This document shows, piece by piece, positions 12,171-22,974 of a stretch of 64,000 bases of DNA (the stretch's first letter is position 1; every line of letters starts with the position of its first letter). This DNA is from Nemertoderma westbladi. Taxonomy: Eukaryota; Animalia; Xenacoelomorpha. The translations under genes were made by a program, and so were the position numbers. The stretch is taken from NCBI GenBank assembly GCA_032718475.1, contig JAUCBJ010000341.1:9069-73068 (forward strand). The letters run 5' to 3'. The notes under the pieces are model-generated. The model was not told the origin of the DNA. It ran no database searches and saw only the letters and a program-made list of their open reading frames with translations.

Positions 12171-13501
12171 TTTGAGTATTCTGTACGGGTAGCGTAATAT
12201 TTATTATTCAGAGTTTATGCGATTATTCGCAACATTCATGTCCCCAAGTTTATTCCTACAGTAATTGTGTTTGTTACACATACCGTTATAGTTAAATTAA
12301 CCCCGGTACTACACGGGCTGCTTGGCGTAGGACAAGACTGGTGATTTTGTGCACCGGTCACTCCAGCAGATGCCGTGGTTCTTTTAACTGTTCAAGTATA
12401 TTTAACTACTGATTATTTGTTGTACCAGTGCTTGTACCTAATTTAGGGTTTAGTGTACAGTGCTTTCCGAGGTAATTAGTGTGTAGGCAGTATATTTGTG
12501 TTGTAAAGTGGTTAATAGGCACGCTGGATCTGGTAGTCCGCGGTAATTAACTTCTAGGTAGGAACACTCCGTGATATATAACGTAGTACCTATAGCGATA
12601 CGGTTATAGGTCGTCAGGCGGTGGTATTTTCCTATCTGGACAGTGCAATATATTTACTACTACTTATTATTTCAAATACCGTAGTACCCTGTCCGTTGTA
12701 ATAACCAGAATTCTAACCCTTTGTTAGGCTGGTTTGTAGACTTCCTGTAAAATTACCCTAAAAAATTCGTACGTAATATTTTTGTTGTGTTTAATTAGAG
12801 AATTAATCTCACCCGTATCGTAAGTAATTTGTAGTATTAAGTAACTTAGGTAAATTAGAATTATCTGTTTTAGTGTCAAATAAATAGCACTTCACTGAGA
12901 GCGCACAGCTTCTGTGTAGTGACCCCCCAGAAATAATAACATTTATTTCAAATATTGACAAAACCCTTTTAAACGGGTATATATATATTATAAATCAACT
13001 CAAACGATTTATAAATAGTAGGCCTGCCATACAACAACTAGGTCTCAAAATCAGTTGGACTACTGCTTAAATAACGGTAACAAAGTAAGTTAAAGTAACC
13101 AAGTAACCCTAAAATATTCAGAAATTCAATTATTCTAAAATAATTGACATACCGGTATTTACCATAGGCTTATTATATTTATTTCTATAAATTTGAGCTG
13201 AAATCATACCGGTATTCTGTAATTAATTCTAGTTCATAATTATACTTATATATATTATAAGTGTAAGCTGTATACCGGTATTCACGATAGGCCTATTATA
13301 TATTTATATATATTTGTGCTAAATTTATATACCGGTACTCTGTGACAAAACTAGTTTACAATACTTATATATATTATAAGTGCATACCGGTATTCTAATC
13401 TACTGCAATAAATTACTGGTACTAGGCCAACGGTCATACTGAATTACTAGTCTTGCTTTAACTGTAACTATAGCAGTAAGCATTCAACTGTATAGCTAAA
13501 C

Positions 13502-16500
13502 ATGTCTGACACTCAGCAAAACCTGTCAGACAGTCTAATCGATACAACCATCTGTGACACAGATAGGAGTGTGGAGCGATTAAGAAAGGAGTTCAGCTCA
13601 CCTCCTACTGAAAGAAAAGTCATCCCTCCAGTAGTGGTATCGGACCCTAAGCTAATCCAACACCGTAGGTCTATCATCGGCACTCGGGCCCAAGTCAAAC
13701 GGAACCAGGAAGCAGCTGTCCCACAGCAGCAACAGCCTAGTCAAAAAACTTGTTCCCAGCGATCCGATAGCTCCAGTAGTTCGGATACTGTCGAGCTGAC
13801 CCCCGAACGCGGATTGCAGATGGCAGCTAAAGCCTACTCGGACCCCCTTCTCACCCTTCCTGCCGCAGTGCTAACTACTATATTGATTGCGGTGGAGGAA
13901 CATCAAGCCGATTGGGCAAGAAATAAGCGAGCGACCCAAGATAATTATGCGGGATACGCCAGGGAAGAATTGATGTCTATTGTCGAGTCACAATGGAACT
14001 TTCCCGGACCCGGACTCCCGTTAGATCTGTCCGAGGCTACTTGGGAAGATATACACAGGATGGGAGTGGCTAAAGATACGATGGATCCAGCTGTTTGGAA
14101 GAGGTCGGCAGCAGGATATGTGCAGGGATTCTTCTGCTCCTTAGAGCGATTAGAAGAACAACTGTTTCGACAACCCCAAGGACCTCAAGAGCAGGAAGAA
14201 CTGCTATATCAAGTACGCGAAAGAACCCTACGCATTCGACTAATCCTATCAGCTTTTGAGGAAACTTCCAAAAGAAGACAGGACACGTCGCTGCAAGTTG
14301 CTGTCAAAACTTGGTTCCAGCGGGTAGGTCTCCAAGTACAAGAAACAGACCAGTGGAAATCCCAGTTGTCTGAGAGACGAACCTATGATGAACCAACCGA
14401 TGTCACCCTTCCTCAAGTGGAAGGCGAAGAGACCGCAGAGAGACCACGAACGAGAGACGCCATCGACATTTATCTGTCCGACTATCAGCGATTCCTAGGA
14501 GACGAAGAGTTGAGGAGACGGCTGTCTGGACTTTCCCCTAATAGTGAAGGAACCCAGCGTGTGTTAGACTCAATCGATGCTGAGATGTTAGCTGCTAACC
14601 AAGCTGAGTTTGATGAAAAACTCCGCCTCACTAGAGTCCAAGAAGAACAAGTAAAGAAAAGACGGATAGAGGAACAAAAGGCGGCGGCTATGGCAGAAGC
14701 AGAAGTAGAAAGAAAGGCAGCGGCGGCAGAAGCAGAAGCAGAAAGAAAGGCAGCGGCGGCAGAAGCAGAAGCAGAAAGAAAAGCAGAAAAGGCAGCGGCG
14801 GCAGAAGCAGAAGCAGAAAGAAAGGCAGCGGCGGCAGAAGCAGAAGCAGAAAGAAAAGCAGCAAAGGCAGTGGCAGAAGCAGAACGGAGAGCCTCTGAGC
14901 AGACTACCCAACTGGAGTTGGAAAATCTGCAAGAGACGCAAGACAACATAAATAAACAGTTAACTGCTAGTCAAATGCAGATGATGAGACGATCTACTCC
15001 CAAACGCCAGGGATACACATCATCGGAGGAAAGCGAAACCACCGATCCTGAAGGCAGAGGAAATAGATCTCGTCTAAGCAGGCGTAGAAAAACATCTCAC
15101 CGTCACAAATTGCCTGATTTGCCCCCAGCTGTTAGAAGACAGCTAGCTAGCACAGACTTAGGCAGTACGGAACCCGCATATCAAACTATTCAGGTCAAAA
15201 GACTCCCTACAATAGTTGATGAGCCTGAAATAATTAGGCCTGTCGTTCCCAAAGTCACTTCTGTGTTAGAGACCCCTGTACTTCCAGAGCTTAACTCTAA
15301 ATTCCCTTTACATAGTACTACACTGCCTGTACCCGGTAGAACAGTCCAAGAGAATATCCCTGTCCTGATAGCAGAGAGAGAAATCAAAGATTTGTCTCCC
15401 GTCGTCCAGCGTCGGCCTGCCACAATGTTGGCGACTCCCGCTTCGGCGGTCGAGTGGGTAGAGGAGGGACGGCGGGGGATGAATCTCCTGCTCGGACAGA
15501 TGCAGGAGACTGTCCACCAACTTAAGGGAACAGTAAGAGCAGAGTTGCAAGAAGTGCAGCAAAGTATTGCGCTAGAACGCGACAAATTAGTCAATATCCA
15601 AAAGGGGATACCAATACCCCCTGTAAAATTGTGTCAACCTGTCAGGTCTGAAGTATTACATGCGCAAGGTGTGGAGCCTACACGCATCTATACTGCTAGT
15701 GAAGTAGAAACTCCTATAGCAAACCCTATTAAGGGTGATTATAGACCTGTTGTTAATGATATTCCCTATAGACCTGATAATGATCCGAGAAATTTATATA
15801 CCGATAATTCGATATTAAATAACACGATGGCCCAAGAAAGCTTTACGCGTCAGATGGCTAGAACAGAAGCTTGCCAAGCGGTTAAAGTGGGAGAGATCGT
15901 CAAATTCAATGGAGATGAGATGAAATGGTTACCTTTCAACGAATATTACAAAGACAGCATACAGAACTCTGTGCTATCTAACGGAGAGAAACTTAGGTTC
16001 CTCATCAAGTGCTTGGAAGGACCTCCCAGGTTAATGGCGTTAAAGTTTATTGGACATCCAGATGGATTAAGACAAGTTTGGGATACATTAAACGTCAGGT
16101 ATGGTAACAAGGATAACATAGCTAAGTATTTGTATGCAAAATTAGTAGCCCCCCGACACTTCCTTAGTAGCGGGATTATAGAGTTTTCCGATGAAATTCA
16201 GGAGATCTGTAGACAATTGGACTGGTTAGGTAAGTCTCATGAATATCAGAGTTCAATGGTTATTGGAGCCATAGTCTCTACTTTACCCAAGGGTGGAGTA
16301 TGTACATGTTGGGACAAGAAAGTGTTGTACATGAATGAACAACAACGACGAAGTCCTACCATGGCTGATCTCATGTCCTTCTTAGATGGTGAAGTAAAAC
16401 TACAACTCATCAAGCAGTCCAGAGAGAAAACATCGGAAAATAAGGTAAGTGAGAAACCCGCTTCTAGGAGAAGAGTAACACCGGTGTGTTACACTGACGA

Positions 16501-18169
16501 CGGCGAAAGCCAAGCCTCTCAAGAAGAGGACAGCGGGAAAGACACAGATCGATCTTACTATGTTGACAAAACCTCAAAAGACGTAAGTAAATACAAGTCT
16601 CGAATCAGTGACAGGAGAGAACAGGTAACAACAACTCCTCCTACGTCTCCTAAGAGAATTCACGGAAGAAAGCCCGAAGAAAGAACGATAGTGCATAACG
16701 TTACCCAAGGTAAGGTGAGTAACATCAAACCAAAATGTGCGCTGTGCGACGGGCCCCACCGTTTGAGTGCATGTGCTGAATTTCTAAAGAAATCCCCTGT
16801 AGACAGACGTACAGTCCTGTGGAGTAAGCGGTTATGCTATAATTGCCTCAGATCAGGACACCAACGGCGAACCTGTTACTCCGACGTAAAGTGTGCAAAG
16901 TGTGGCGCGAAACATCACATCTTGTTACACAGTGAGTTCGAACGAGACAACCCGAGTCAGGTAAGTGAGCCCAAACTACATGTCCAATTCAGTGATGTAA
17001 ATGACACTGATCAAGAGTCTGAGATGGAAGGATTCTATACTGACGAATTCTCCGACGCCAACGAATCCTGTTACCTAATAAATACCTCAGTGTATCGAGC
17101 ACTTACTTATGAAAAGGACACCGACAATGAGTTCCCCCCAACTACTTTTGCCAGACAACCGTCTTGGAAAGCTCCAACTTCCAACGTAGGAATCAGAGAA
17201 TTTCCTGTAGTGCAGGTAAGAGTTCATGGTCCTAACAATAGTTACATAGTGAACGCCCTCCTTGACTCCGGCAGCACAGGAACATTCATCGATCAAGAAC
17301 TAGCCGAAGATATTTTTGCTGGACAACCCAAATTCCGGACTAAATTGAATATGTCAGGAATTATGCAGGTTTGGAAATCTACCCTAACGGTAGACTACTA
17401 TGTAGGTGTGTTGTCCACCCCCCAGGATAAATTAGGAGCACAAGGTATAAGGTCGGTAAAAATGGTGGCTATAAAGAACTTTGCTGCTACCCAAGCAGAC
17501 CTTTATAATTGGGACGAGGATGAGAGCATCCAACATCTTAAGATACCTCGATTCCAGACAGATTATCCTGGAGTGCAAATACTCATCGGCCAAAACGCGC
17601 ATGAGGCGCTCGAGACATTGGAGAAACGGCCTGCTCAACCGCAGCCACTACAAACCTATGCGGTAAGAACTAGAGTAGGTTGGTACTTCACTGGCCCTTC
17701 CTGTAGAACTCTCAAAGAGAGATTACCTCAACAACAGGTATACCAAGTAAAGGAATGGGAAGTGGAGAGCAGTGATGTGGACGATCCAACTGAGGGAACA
17801 CCATACTCCTCAGATAATGACGATATTAACTCCAATGTAGATCAATGGAGACATTGCCTTGGGACGATTAATCCAGCCGACATCGCTTCCAGAGGAGCAA
17901 CTCCTCAAGAACTGATAGATACTCCAGGCTGGTTAGGTGGATCCGACTTCTTAAGTAAAGAAGAAGAAGAATGGCCTCCTCATCTTACCACGGCAGAGAT
18001 TAGACAGGCCAAGGGAGCGGAGAAAGTAACACAACAACTAAATCGCCCAGCTAGTCGTTTATGTTTACTGGAAAGAGACCGAAAACTGTCCGGAAACTAT
18101 GGAAGGCAAGATACTCTTCCTACGACCACTTCCCTAATCCGACAAATATCTAGGGACTCCATAACGTAA
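13502..18169 (+). CDS. BEL/Pao Gag-protease polyprotein with in-frame deletions of RT/RNase H and integrase
   Basis: DUF1759-like FNGDEMKWLPF...EKLRFLIKCLEG; three BEL knuckles (CALCDGPHRLSAC, CYNCLRSGHQRRTC, CAKCGAKHHILLH); protease ALLDSGSTGTFI. It then jumps SDNDDI|NSNVDQWRH..NPADIASRG and AEKV|TQQLNRP..LCLLE. Confidence 0.92.
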   Translation: MSDTQQNLSDSLIDTTICDTDRSVERLRKEFSSPPTERKVIPPVVVSDPKLIQHRRSIIGTRAQVKRNQEAAVPQQQQPSQKTCSQRSDSSSSSDTVELTPERGLQMAAKAYSDPLLTLPAAVLTTILIAVEEHQADWARNKRATQDNYAGYAREELMSIVESQWNFPGPGLPLDLSEATWEDIHRMGVAKDTMDPAVWKRSAAGYVQGFFCSLERLEEQLFRQPQGPQEQEELLYQVRERTLRIRLILSAFEETSKRRQDTSLQVAVKTWFQRVGLQVQETDQWKSQLSERRTYDEPTDVTLPQVEGEETAERPRTRDAIDIYLSDYQRFLGDEELRRRLSGLSPNSEGTQRVLDSIDAEMLAANQAEFDEKLRLTRVQEEQVKKRRIEEQKAAAMAEAEVERKAAAAEAEAERKAAAAEAEAERKAEKAAAAEAEAERKAAAAEAEAERKAAKAVAEAERRASEQTTQLELENLQETQDNINKQLTASQMQMMRRSTPKRQGYTSSEESETTDPEGRGNRSRLSRRRKTSHRHKLPDLPPAVRRQLASTDLGSTEPAYQTIQVKRLPTIVDEPEIIRPVVPKVTSVLETPVLPELNSKFPLHSTTLPVPGRTVQENIPVLIAEREIKDLSPVVQRRPATMLATPASAVEWVEEGRRGMNLLLGQMQETVHQLKGTVRAELQEVQQSIALERDKLVNIQKGIPIPPVKLCQPVRSEVLHAQGVEPTRIYTASEVETPIANPIKGDYRPVVNDIPYRPDNDPRNLYTDNSILNNTMAQESFTRQMARTEACQAVKVGEIVKFNGDEMKWLPFNEYYKDSIQNSVLSNGEKLRFLIKCLEGPPRLMALKFIGHPDGLRQVWDTLNVRYGNKDNIAKYLYAKLVAPRHFLSSGIIEFSDEIQEICRQLDWLGKSHEYQSSMVIGAIVSTLPKGGVCTCWDKKVLYMNEQQRRSPTMADLMSFLDGEVKLQLIKQSREKTSENKVSEKPASRRRVTPVCYTDDGESQASQEEDSGKDTDRSYYVDKTSKDVSKYKSRISDRREQVTTTPPTSPKRIHGRKPEERTIVHNVTQGKVSNIKPKCALCDGPHRLSACAEFLKKSPVDRRTVLWSKRLCYNCLRSGHQRRTCYSDVKCAKCGAKHHILLHSEFERDNPSQVSEPKLHVQFSDVNDTDQESEMEGFYTDEFSDANESCYLINTSVYRALTYEKDTDNEFPPTTFARQPSWKAPTSNVGIREFPVVQVRVHGPNNSYIVNALLDSGSTGTFIDQELAEDIFAGQPKFRTKLNMSGIMQVWKSTLTVDYYVGVLSTPQDKLGAQGIRSVKMVAIKNFAATQADLYNWDEDESIQHLKIPRFQTDYPGVQILIGQNAHEALETLEKRPAQPQPLQTYAVRTRVGWYFTGPSCRTLKERLPQQQVYQVKEWEVESSDVDDPTEGTPYSSDNDDINSNVDQWRHCLGTINPADIASRGATPQELIDTPGWLGGSDFLSKEEEEWPPHLTTAEIRQAKGAEKVTQQLNRPASRLCLLERDRKLSGNYGRQDTLPTTTSLIRQISRDSIT

Positions 18170-19067
18170 TAACATATGGAGTGGGCGTGTGACTATATCA
18201 TTTTATATTTGTTTTATTTTATATTTATGTATGTATTATTATGTAATTTTATTATAATCGTTTTCTTTAATTTTATTTAGTAGAATGTTATTTTAGTGAT
18301 TATTTAGTAGATTAGTGCAATATATTAGTGTTTATTACGTACGTAATTACTTATCATATATATTTAGTGCGACGGCGAGAAATAATTATTTTTCTCTTTC
18401 CTTACTGTCCGTATCATATTATAAATACGTGACTACAGTAAGATGAAATGTCTGTACTTATTAAAGTACAATAAAGCCACTACTATATTCAAGTATTATT
18501 GGTAGGCAGAGTATTAGGAATGCAAAGTTCAGATCCTCGTGTCTCGGCTAAACCAAGCTCTGGGTAGACCTTGGAAACGACTTGCCTCTTCACACTGACA
18601 TTGCTTCTACCTCTTGCTCTTCTACCTTATATTAAATAATACATATAGTAGCGTGATGTCCCTCTAACAGTAGCGTAAAACGCAAATAAATCTGTTAAAC
18701 CTTTTGACCATCTGTAATTCTAGTCGATTAAGATATCGCGGCACCCACCGATATACTTGAAAGACAAATTCTAGAATCAGTGGTTAACGTCCCCAGACAA
18801 GTTCTGGAATAAATCGGTGCCCATCTTAAATATTAATTTAATATTTATTAAAATCTGTAAAATTCAGATCCGTTAACAATTCTAGTCGATTAAGATATCG
18901 TAGCACTTACCGATACTCTTAAAAGACAAATTTCATAGAATTAAGGATCCTATGTCCCCAGACCTGCTCTGGAATCAAATTGTGTCAATTTTAACATCAA
19001 ATAATAAAATTCACGGGAATAAATTTAAAGTCATATTTTTTAAATGAATTTCATAAATTGTCATTTT

Positions 19068-19912
19068 ATACGGAGATTCGGAGATATCTCGATATTACCA
19101 GTCAACAGAATCTAGAAACTCGATATCCTCAAGGTATACATCATGACCGCATGGTAGAACTCAAACGGCTCTATTTCACTATGATGTATCTTACCGCCGA
19201 TCGTCCACTACCTGTTATCCCGGATAGTTTTGAACAAATGGAAGAATATTGCAAAACTGGAGAACGTTCACCCGCGTTTCCTCTACAGGACGTACGTCTT
19301 TGGTATTATTGTGACGAATGCCCTAGACCCAACCAACAAACGGAAAGACACAAACATCTGCGGAGACGTTGCGCTAAACATAGTTTTACGCGTTACACTT
19401 ACGGGAGTTTCGAGCGAAACCTGTTCGACATACCACCCACGATCGCTCGTCTTAAACGATCACTGAATAAACCCATGATCAGAGTTCCGGAATACTCGGT
19501 CAGGCCTCCTCATTCCCTAGTGAGACCTCAAACTCTTGATCCTAACAGTATCACTGATCCTCCCGAACTATATTCTCTGTTCAAAGACTTAGTGTTACCC
19601 GAACAATTAATCGGTGGTGCTCCGGTAGTGGGTTCGTTAGACATCCGCCCATCCTACTTAGCCGGATTGGGACGCGGGCAGCTAATATCGCCCTTTGATC
19701 CTTACAATCGTCCAGGATTAAACCCGATGCAACCCGCCACGGAAGTAGAGGAGAGCGTTATAAGAAACGCTTTAGACGCCATTCGACAGAAAATCGGAAA
19801 GGGAACACAAGATTGTTTAGAGAAACGTAAATTACAACAACAAGTCCAATCGGTGAAGGAGTTAGCCTTGCAAAGTTCGATAGGGAAATCCAAAACCTCG
19901 AGGAAGACATAG
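19068..19912 (+). pseudogene. 5'-truncated N-terminal part of the accessory ORF (unknown fold; CDEC...H...C motif)
   Basis: Homologous to 26342-27254 and 42859-43740 (minus strand). The listed TTG start is an artefact of a deletion. A 1-nt deletion near 19870 separates it from the downstream ORF. Confidence 0.7.
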
Positions 19913-20055
19913 AGCTTGGACGCACGTATTCTCTACAAGAATTTTTAGATGAACGCTTACAGAGACAAGCGGAAGAAATTCTACTCGAGGAGAAACACAC
20001 GAAACTGGAAGAGAGAGAAGAAGCCGCTTTAGCCCAACCGGAAGCTCAAATCCTC

Positions 20056-22896
20056 ATGACGGACCTCTACTCTAAAACCGTTCGTCATCCCTCGATGATT
20101 CCACATTTCGGGGACAAGCTCTTCGCGACGATACAACCTCAACCGGTTGATATCAGTACAGGATCGCCAAATCTTATCGCTGACGCCCCTATGTTACAGC
20201 GTCCGCCGATCGAGGCCGCTCGTGTTGACGGTATACTCGTCGAACCTCCGGACAATCGAGCGGATCTTGTCCGTCGTATGGTACACGATGTCAACATACG
20301 CGCTAGACCTTTACAGAACTCGTTTTATGGGATTAAAGACCACCCTTATTACGTTAATCTGACTCAATATTATATGGTAAAGCCTGAAGACCCGACACAT
20401 AATTTAAAGTTTCTACCACTAATAAATCCTCTAGACATTGTCGAACTCGAACAATTGCAGAAACATCTGGATCAGTTAGTAAAGGTAAACTCATTTAGAA
20501 AACCATATAACATTTCTCGAATCGAGAAAGATATAGAACCTCCTTATAATCTCGATGGATTTATTAAAACTCGATTAGTCCATTGGAATCTAGATGTATT
20601 ATTTGAAGAAGAGAAAATACAAAGATATGGAAATGTGGAGACGTATACCACTCGGCACATGAAGTATAGTGATCTCCCTGACGCTAACCAATGCGCCACC
20701 TTGTGGCATCCAGTAGGGATGACCCTAGAGAACGCCACCAAGGAGTGGAATGAAACTCTTAATGTTATTGAGATGTATGGAGTTGTCACCTACGATAATG
20801 AAGGTAGCGTTCCGGTCGGAGAACTAGGAACTACGCGCATGATTCACATACGCGGATTAGCTGGTTCTACCCACGTGTTTACTCGAGCGTGTTCCGACGT
20901 GATTGATTATTCCTTTGAAACTCTCACCGAAACACAAAAGAATCTCCGACATGGACAATTCGAACTCGCGCAGCGTTACGTCATTGACACCGAACGCAAA
21001 CCGGCCATGGGCATCGATGGATCGATGTTACCCCAGCCCGTACTCAAGATGTTGTTCAACGAAAGAATCCTTAAAATCGGCTCAGCTGTTTATGGAGATC
21101 TCCAAAACGACTTTCGGAATATGGAGAACATTCCATACCCTTTCGTTGATACTCAGCTGATTGCTCCCTGGGCAGAAGGTCGAGGTTTCTTCCGCACTAT
21201 GTATGCTAATACGCCTAGCAACATTACCAAGGTGCAACGAACTTCCATCGGACATCTTGCCTTTCAGGAATACGGATGGAATTTCAAAGTCGGAAATCCC
21301 ATTAACTATCAACAAGTATACGGAGATCATTATTCTCGATTGTACTTTGATGGACCATTAACCGCACCTGGCGCCGTGTATAGCTTCATGAGTGTTCCAC
21401 TCCGTCCCTCCTTAGCTATATACACGATCTTTGAAAACACCGCACTTGCCGGTTGGCTAGCCGATGTGTGCAGTCGTACTATACGCGCCCATCCATTAAT
21501 ACTTGGGACCAAACTCGCTAAGCTAGATGAACATAATAAATTCATCCGTTTCGAATGTTTCCGGCGATTTTTAACCCCGTTCCGCAACGTGGATAGCCAA
21601 TTTAAAGACCGCGCTTTGACCAAACTCAGCCTAAGAAACTCAGCTGCAGAGAAGTTGGATAGCGCTGGATTCGCCATTTTCAAAGAGATTTGTATATCGA
21701 ACTTGCACTCCTCTGTTATACAAAGACCTCGAATCCCCACAGGTTATTCTGTCGTGGAAATTCAGACAATAGGTCCACCTGAAGAGACAGACGCGCCCAC
21801 TTCAGCTATGCACTTGGAAGACGAACCAATATGTCTAGAATCTGAAGAGATTCAGCCTATGGCGCCCCGGAACAGCGACAACGATTACATCATAGAATGG
21901 TATCAAGGTCCACAGTGTCTCACTGCGTACGATTATCGACATGCCAACTATGTTTCTAGGCAACGTTGTCGGTTATGCGCATCGAGAGACCACGATACGC
22001 CCATGGACACCAACGTCCGCTGTTCCTATTTCCAAGAACAACCGACTATGGAAATTTATTGCGCATATTGCAGACTCAATAACTTGCATATCTTTGCGGT
22101 TTGCCCTCAATTTATGACTCAATGTCACCATTGTCAACTAAAGGGACATGCTAGTTTCGACTGCCCTTTTAATCACGATTTGGAAAGCGTAGATGAAATG
22201 ATCACACTACGTTACATCAGAGCTTGGGAAGCGAACGCTGATTTACATTGTGATTCGCGCCATCGCTATTATCCCAGACGCGCTTACGAAGGAGTTTATG
22301 CGTTCCATCCTTATCTATTCGCTTCGGTTGAACAGAAATCACGCATATCAAGTTACGAGCTACTGAAGCGCGTTGGAGAATGTATTTCAACCAAATTCGT
22401 ACGCAAATTTCTCAGGAATGTTAATCCTAGCGACCTTCATTCCTATAACTTAATCAATTATATCCGTCAGGATCCGGACTATGGAGACTTGTTTGTTAAC
22501 TCACACCCCGAGTTACAGGAAGTATATCGACGGCCTTATGAATACCGAGCCCGCGAACGCGAGTTGGAAAGGACCATTAAACCCCGGAGGTTTCTAACTG
22601 CCTATGGTCCACCCACGGCCCTCGTTCAGACCACTCGTAAAGGACCCGTAAGAGCGGCTGTCTTGAAACGAGCTCTCAAAGCCGTTAGACCCCTCTCCCC
22701 GGACGTTGATGTCAATCAACCCGGTACTTCGACTGGCGGATACACCGACCATAATCCTACACCCTCTGATGCAATCATATTGCACCCTTCACCCAGGAGT
22801 TATAGCCCTCCTTGTAAAGTGGCTCGCCCCAAAGAGAAAAGGACTCTGGCTAGCTTTAAGAAACTGCGTAAACGTCGTCCGCGCAAGAAAGACTAA
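20056..22896 (+). CDS. Accessory protein: DEDDy-type 3'-5' exonuclease domain, CCHC zinc-finger cluster, basic C-terminal tail
   Basis: ExoI VVTYD247NE249G; LPQPVLKMLFNERILKIGSAVYGD348 (WRN/EXD-like LP..L..LL....I.K.G.....D); FVDTQLIA; SIGHLA; PL..LAIY456TIFE460 at ExoIII. Zinc fingers CRLC-H-C, CAYC-H-C and CHHCQLKGHASFDC at 21967-22164. Ends KKLRKRRPRKKD. Confidence 0.75.
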   Translation: MTDLYSKTVRHPSMIPHFGDKLFATIQPQPVDISTGSPNLIADAPMLQRPPIEAARVDGILVEPPDNRADLVRRMVHDVNIRARPLQNSFYGIKDHPYYVNLTQYYMVKPEDPTHNLKFLPLINPLDIVELEQLQKHLDQLVKVNSFRKPYNISRIEKDIEPPYNLDGFIKTRLVHWNLDVLFEEEKIQRYGNVETYTTRHMKYSDLPDANQCATLWHPVGMTLENATKEWNETLNVIEMYGVVTYDNEGSVPVGELGTTRMIHIRGLAGSTHVFTRACSDVIDYSFETLTETQKNLRHGQFELAQRYVIDTERKPAMGIDGSMLPQPVLKMLFNERILKIGSAVYGDLQNDFRNMENIPYPFVDTQLIAPWAEGRGFFRTMYANTPSNITKVQRTSIGHLAFQEYGWNFKVGNPINYQQVYGDHYSRLYFDGPLTAPGAVYSFMSVPLRPSLAIYTIFENTALAGWLADVCSRTIRAHPLILGTKLAKLDEHNKFIRFECFRRFLTPFRNVDSQFKDRALTKLSLRNSAAEKLDSAGFAIFKEICISNLHSSVIQRPRIPTGYSVVEIQTIGPPEETDAPTSAMHLEDEPICLESEEIQPMAPRNSDNDYIIEWYQGPQCLTAYDYRHANYVSRQRCRLCASRDHDTPMDTNVRCSYFQEQPTMEIYCAYCRLNNLHIFAVCPQFMTQCHHCQLKGHASFDCPFNHDLESVDEMITLRYIRAWEANADLHCDSRHRYYPRRAYEGVYAFHPYLFASVEQKSRISSYELLKRVGECISTKFVRKFLRNVNPSDLHSYNLINYIRQDPDYGDLFVNSHPELQEVYRRPYEYRARERELERTIKPRRFLTAYGPPTALVQTTRKGPVRAAVLKRALKAVRPLSPDVDVNQPGTSTGGYTDHNPTPSDAIILHPSPRSYSPPCKVARPKEKRTLASFKKLRKRRPRKKD

Positions 22897-22966
22897 CTGT
22901 TTAGAGTATTTACGTATATTAGAAACTGTGATTTTGTATATTTTATAGACTCAAATCCCATTTTCT

Positions 22967-22974
22967 GGGAGCGG
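22967..22974 (+). promoter_or_regulatory. Polypurine tract GGGAGCGG
   Basis: Directly abuts the 3' LTR; the same sequence abuts the LTR in copies B and C. Confidence 0.8.

Noticed and set aside
14485-17666. Antisense and alternate-frame ORFs over gag
   Set aside because: Shadows of the main ORF and its repeat.
18550-18580. Hammerhead ribozyme (stem followed by GAAAC)
   Set aside because: The CUGANGA core is absent.
19058-22896. env gene
   Set aside because: No signal peptide or transmembrane segment evident; motifs fit a nuclease and zinc fingers.
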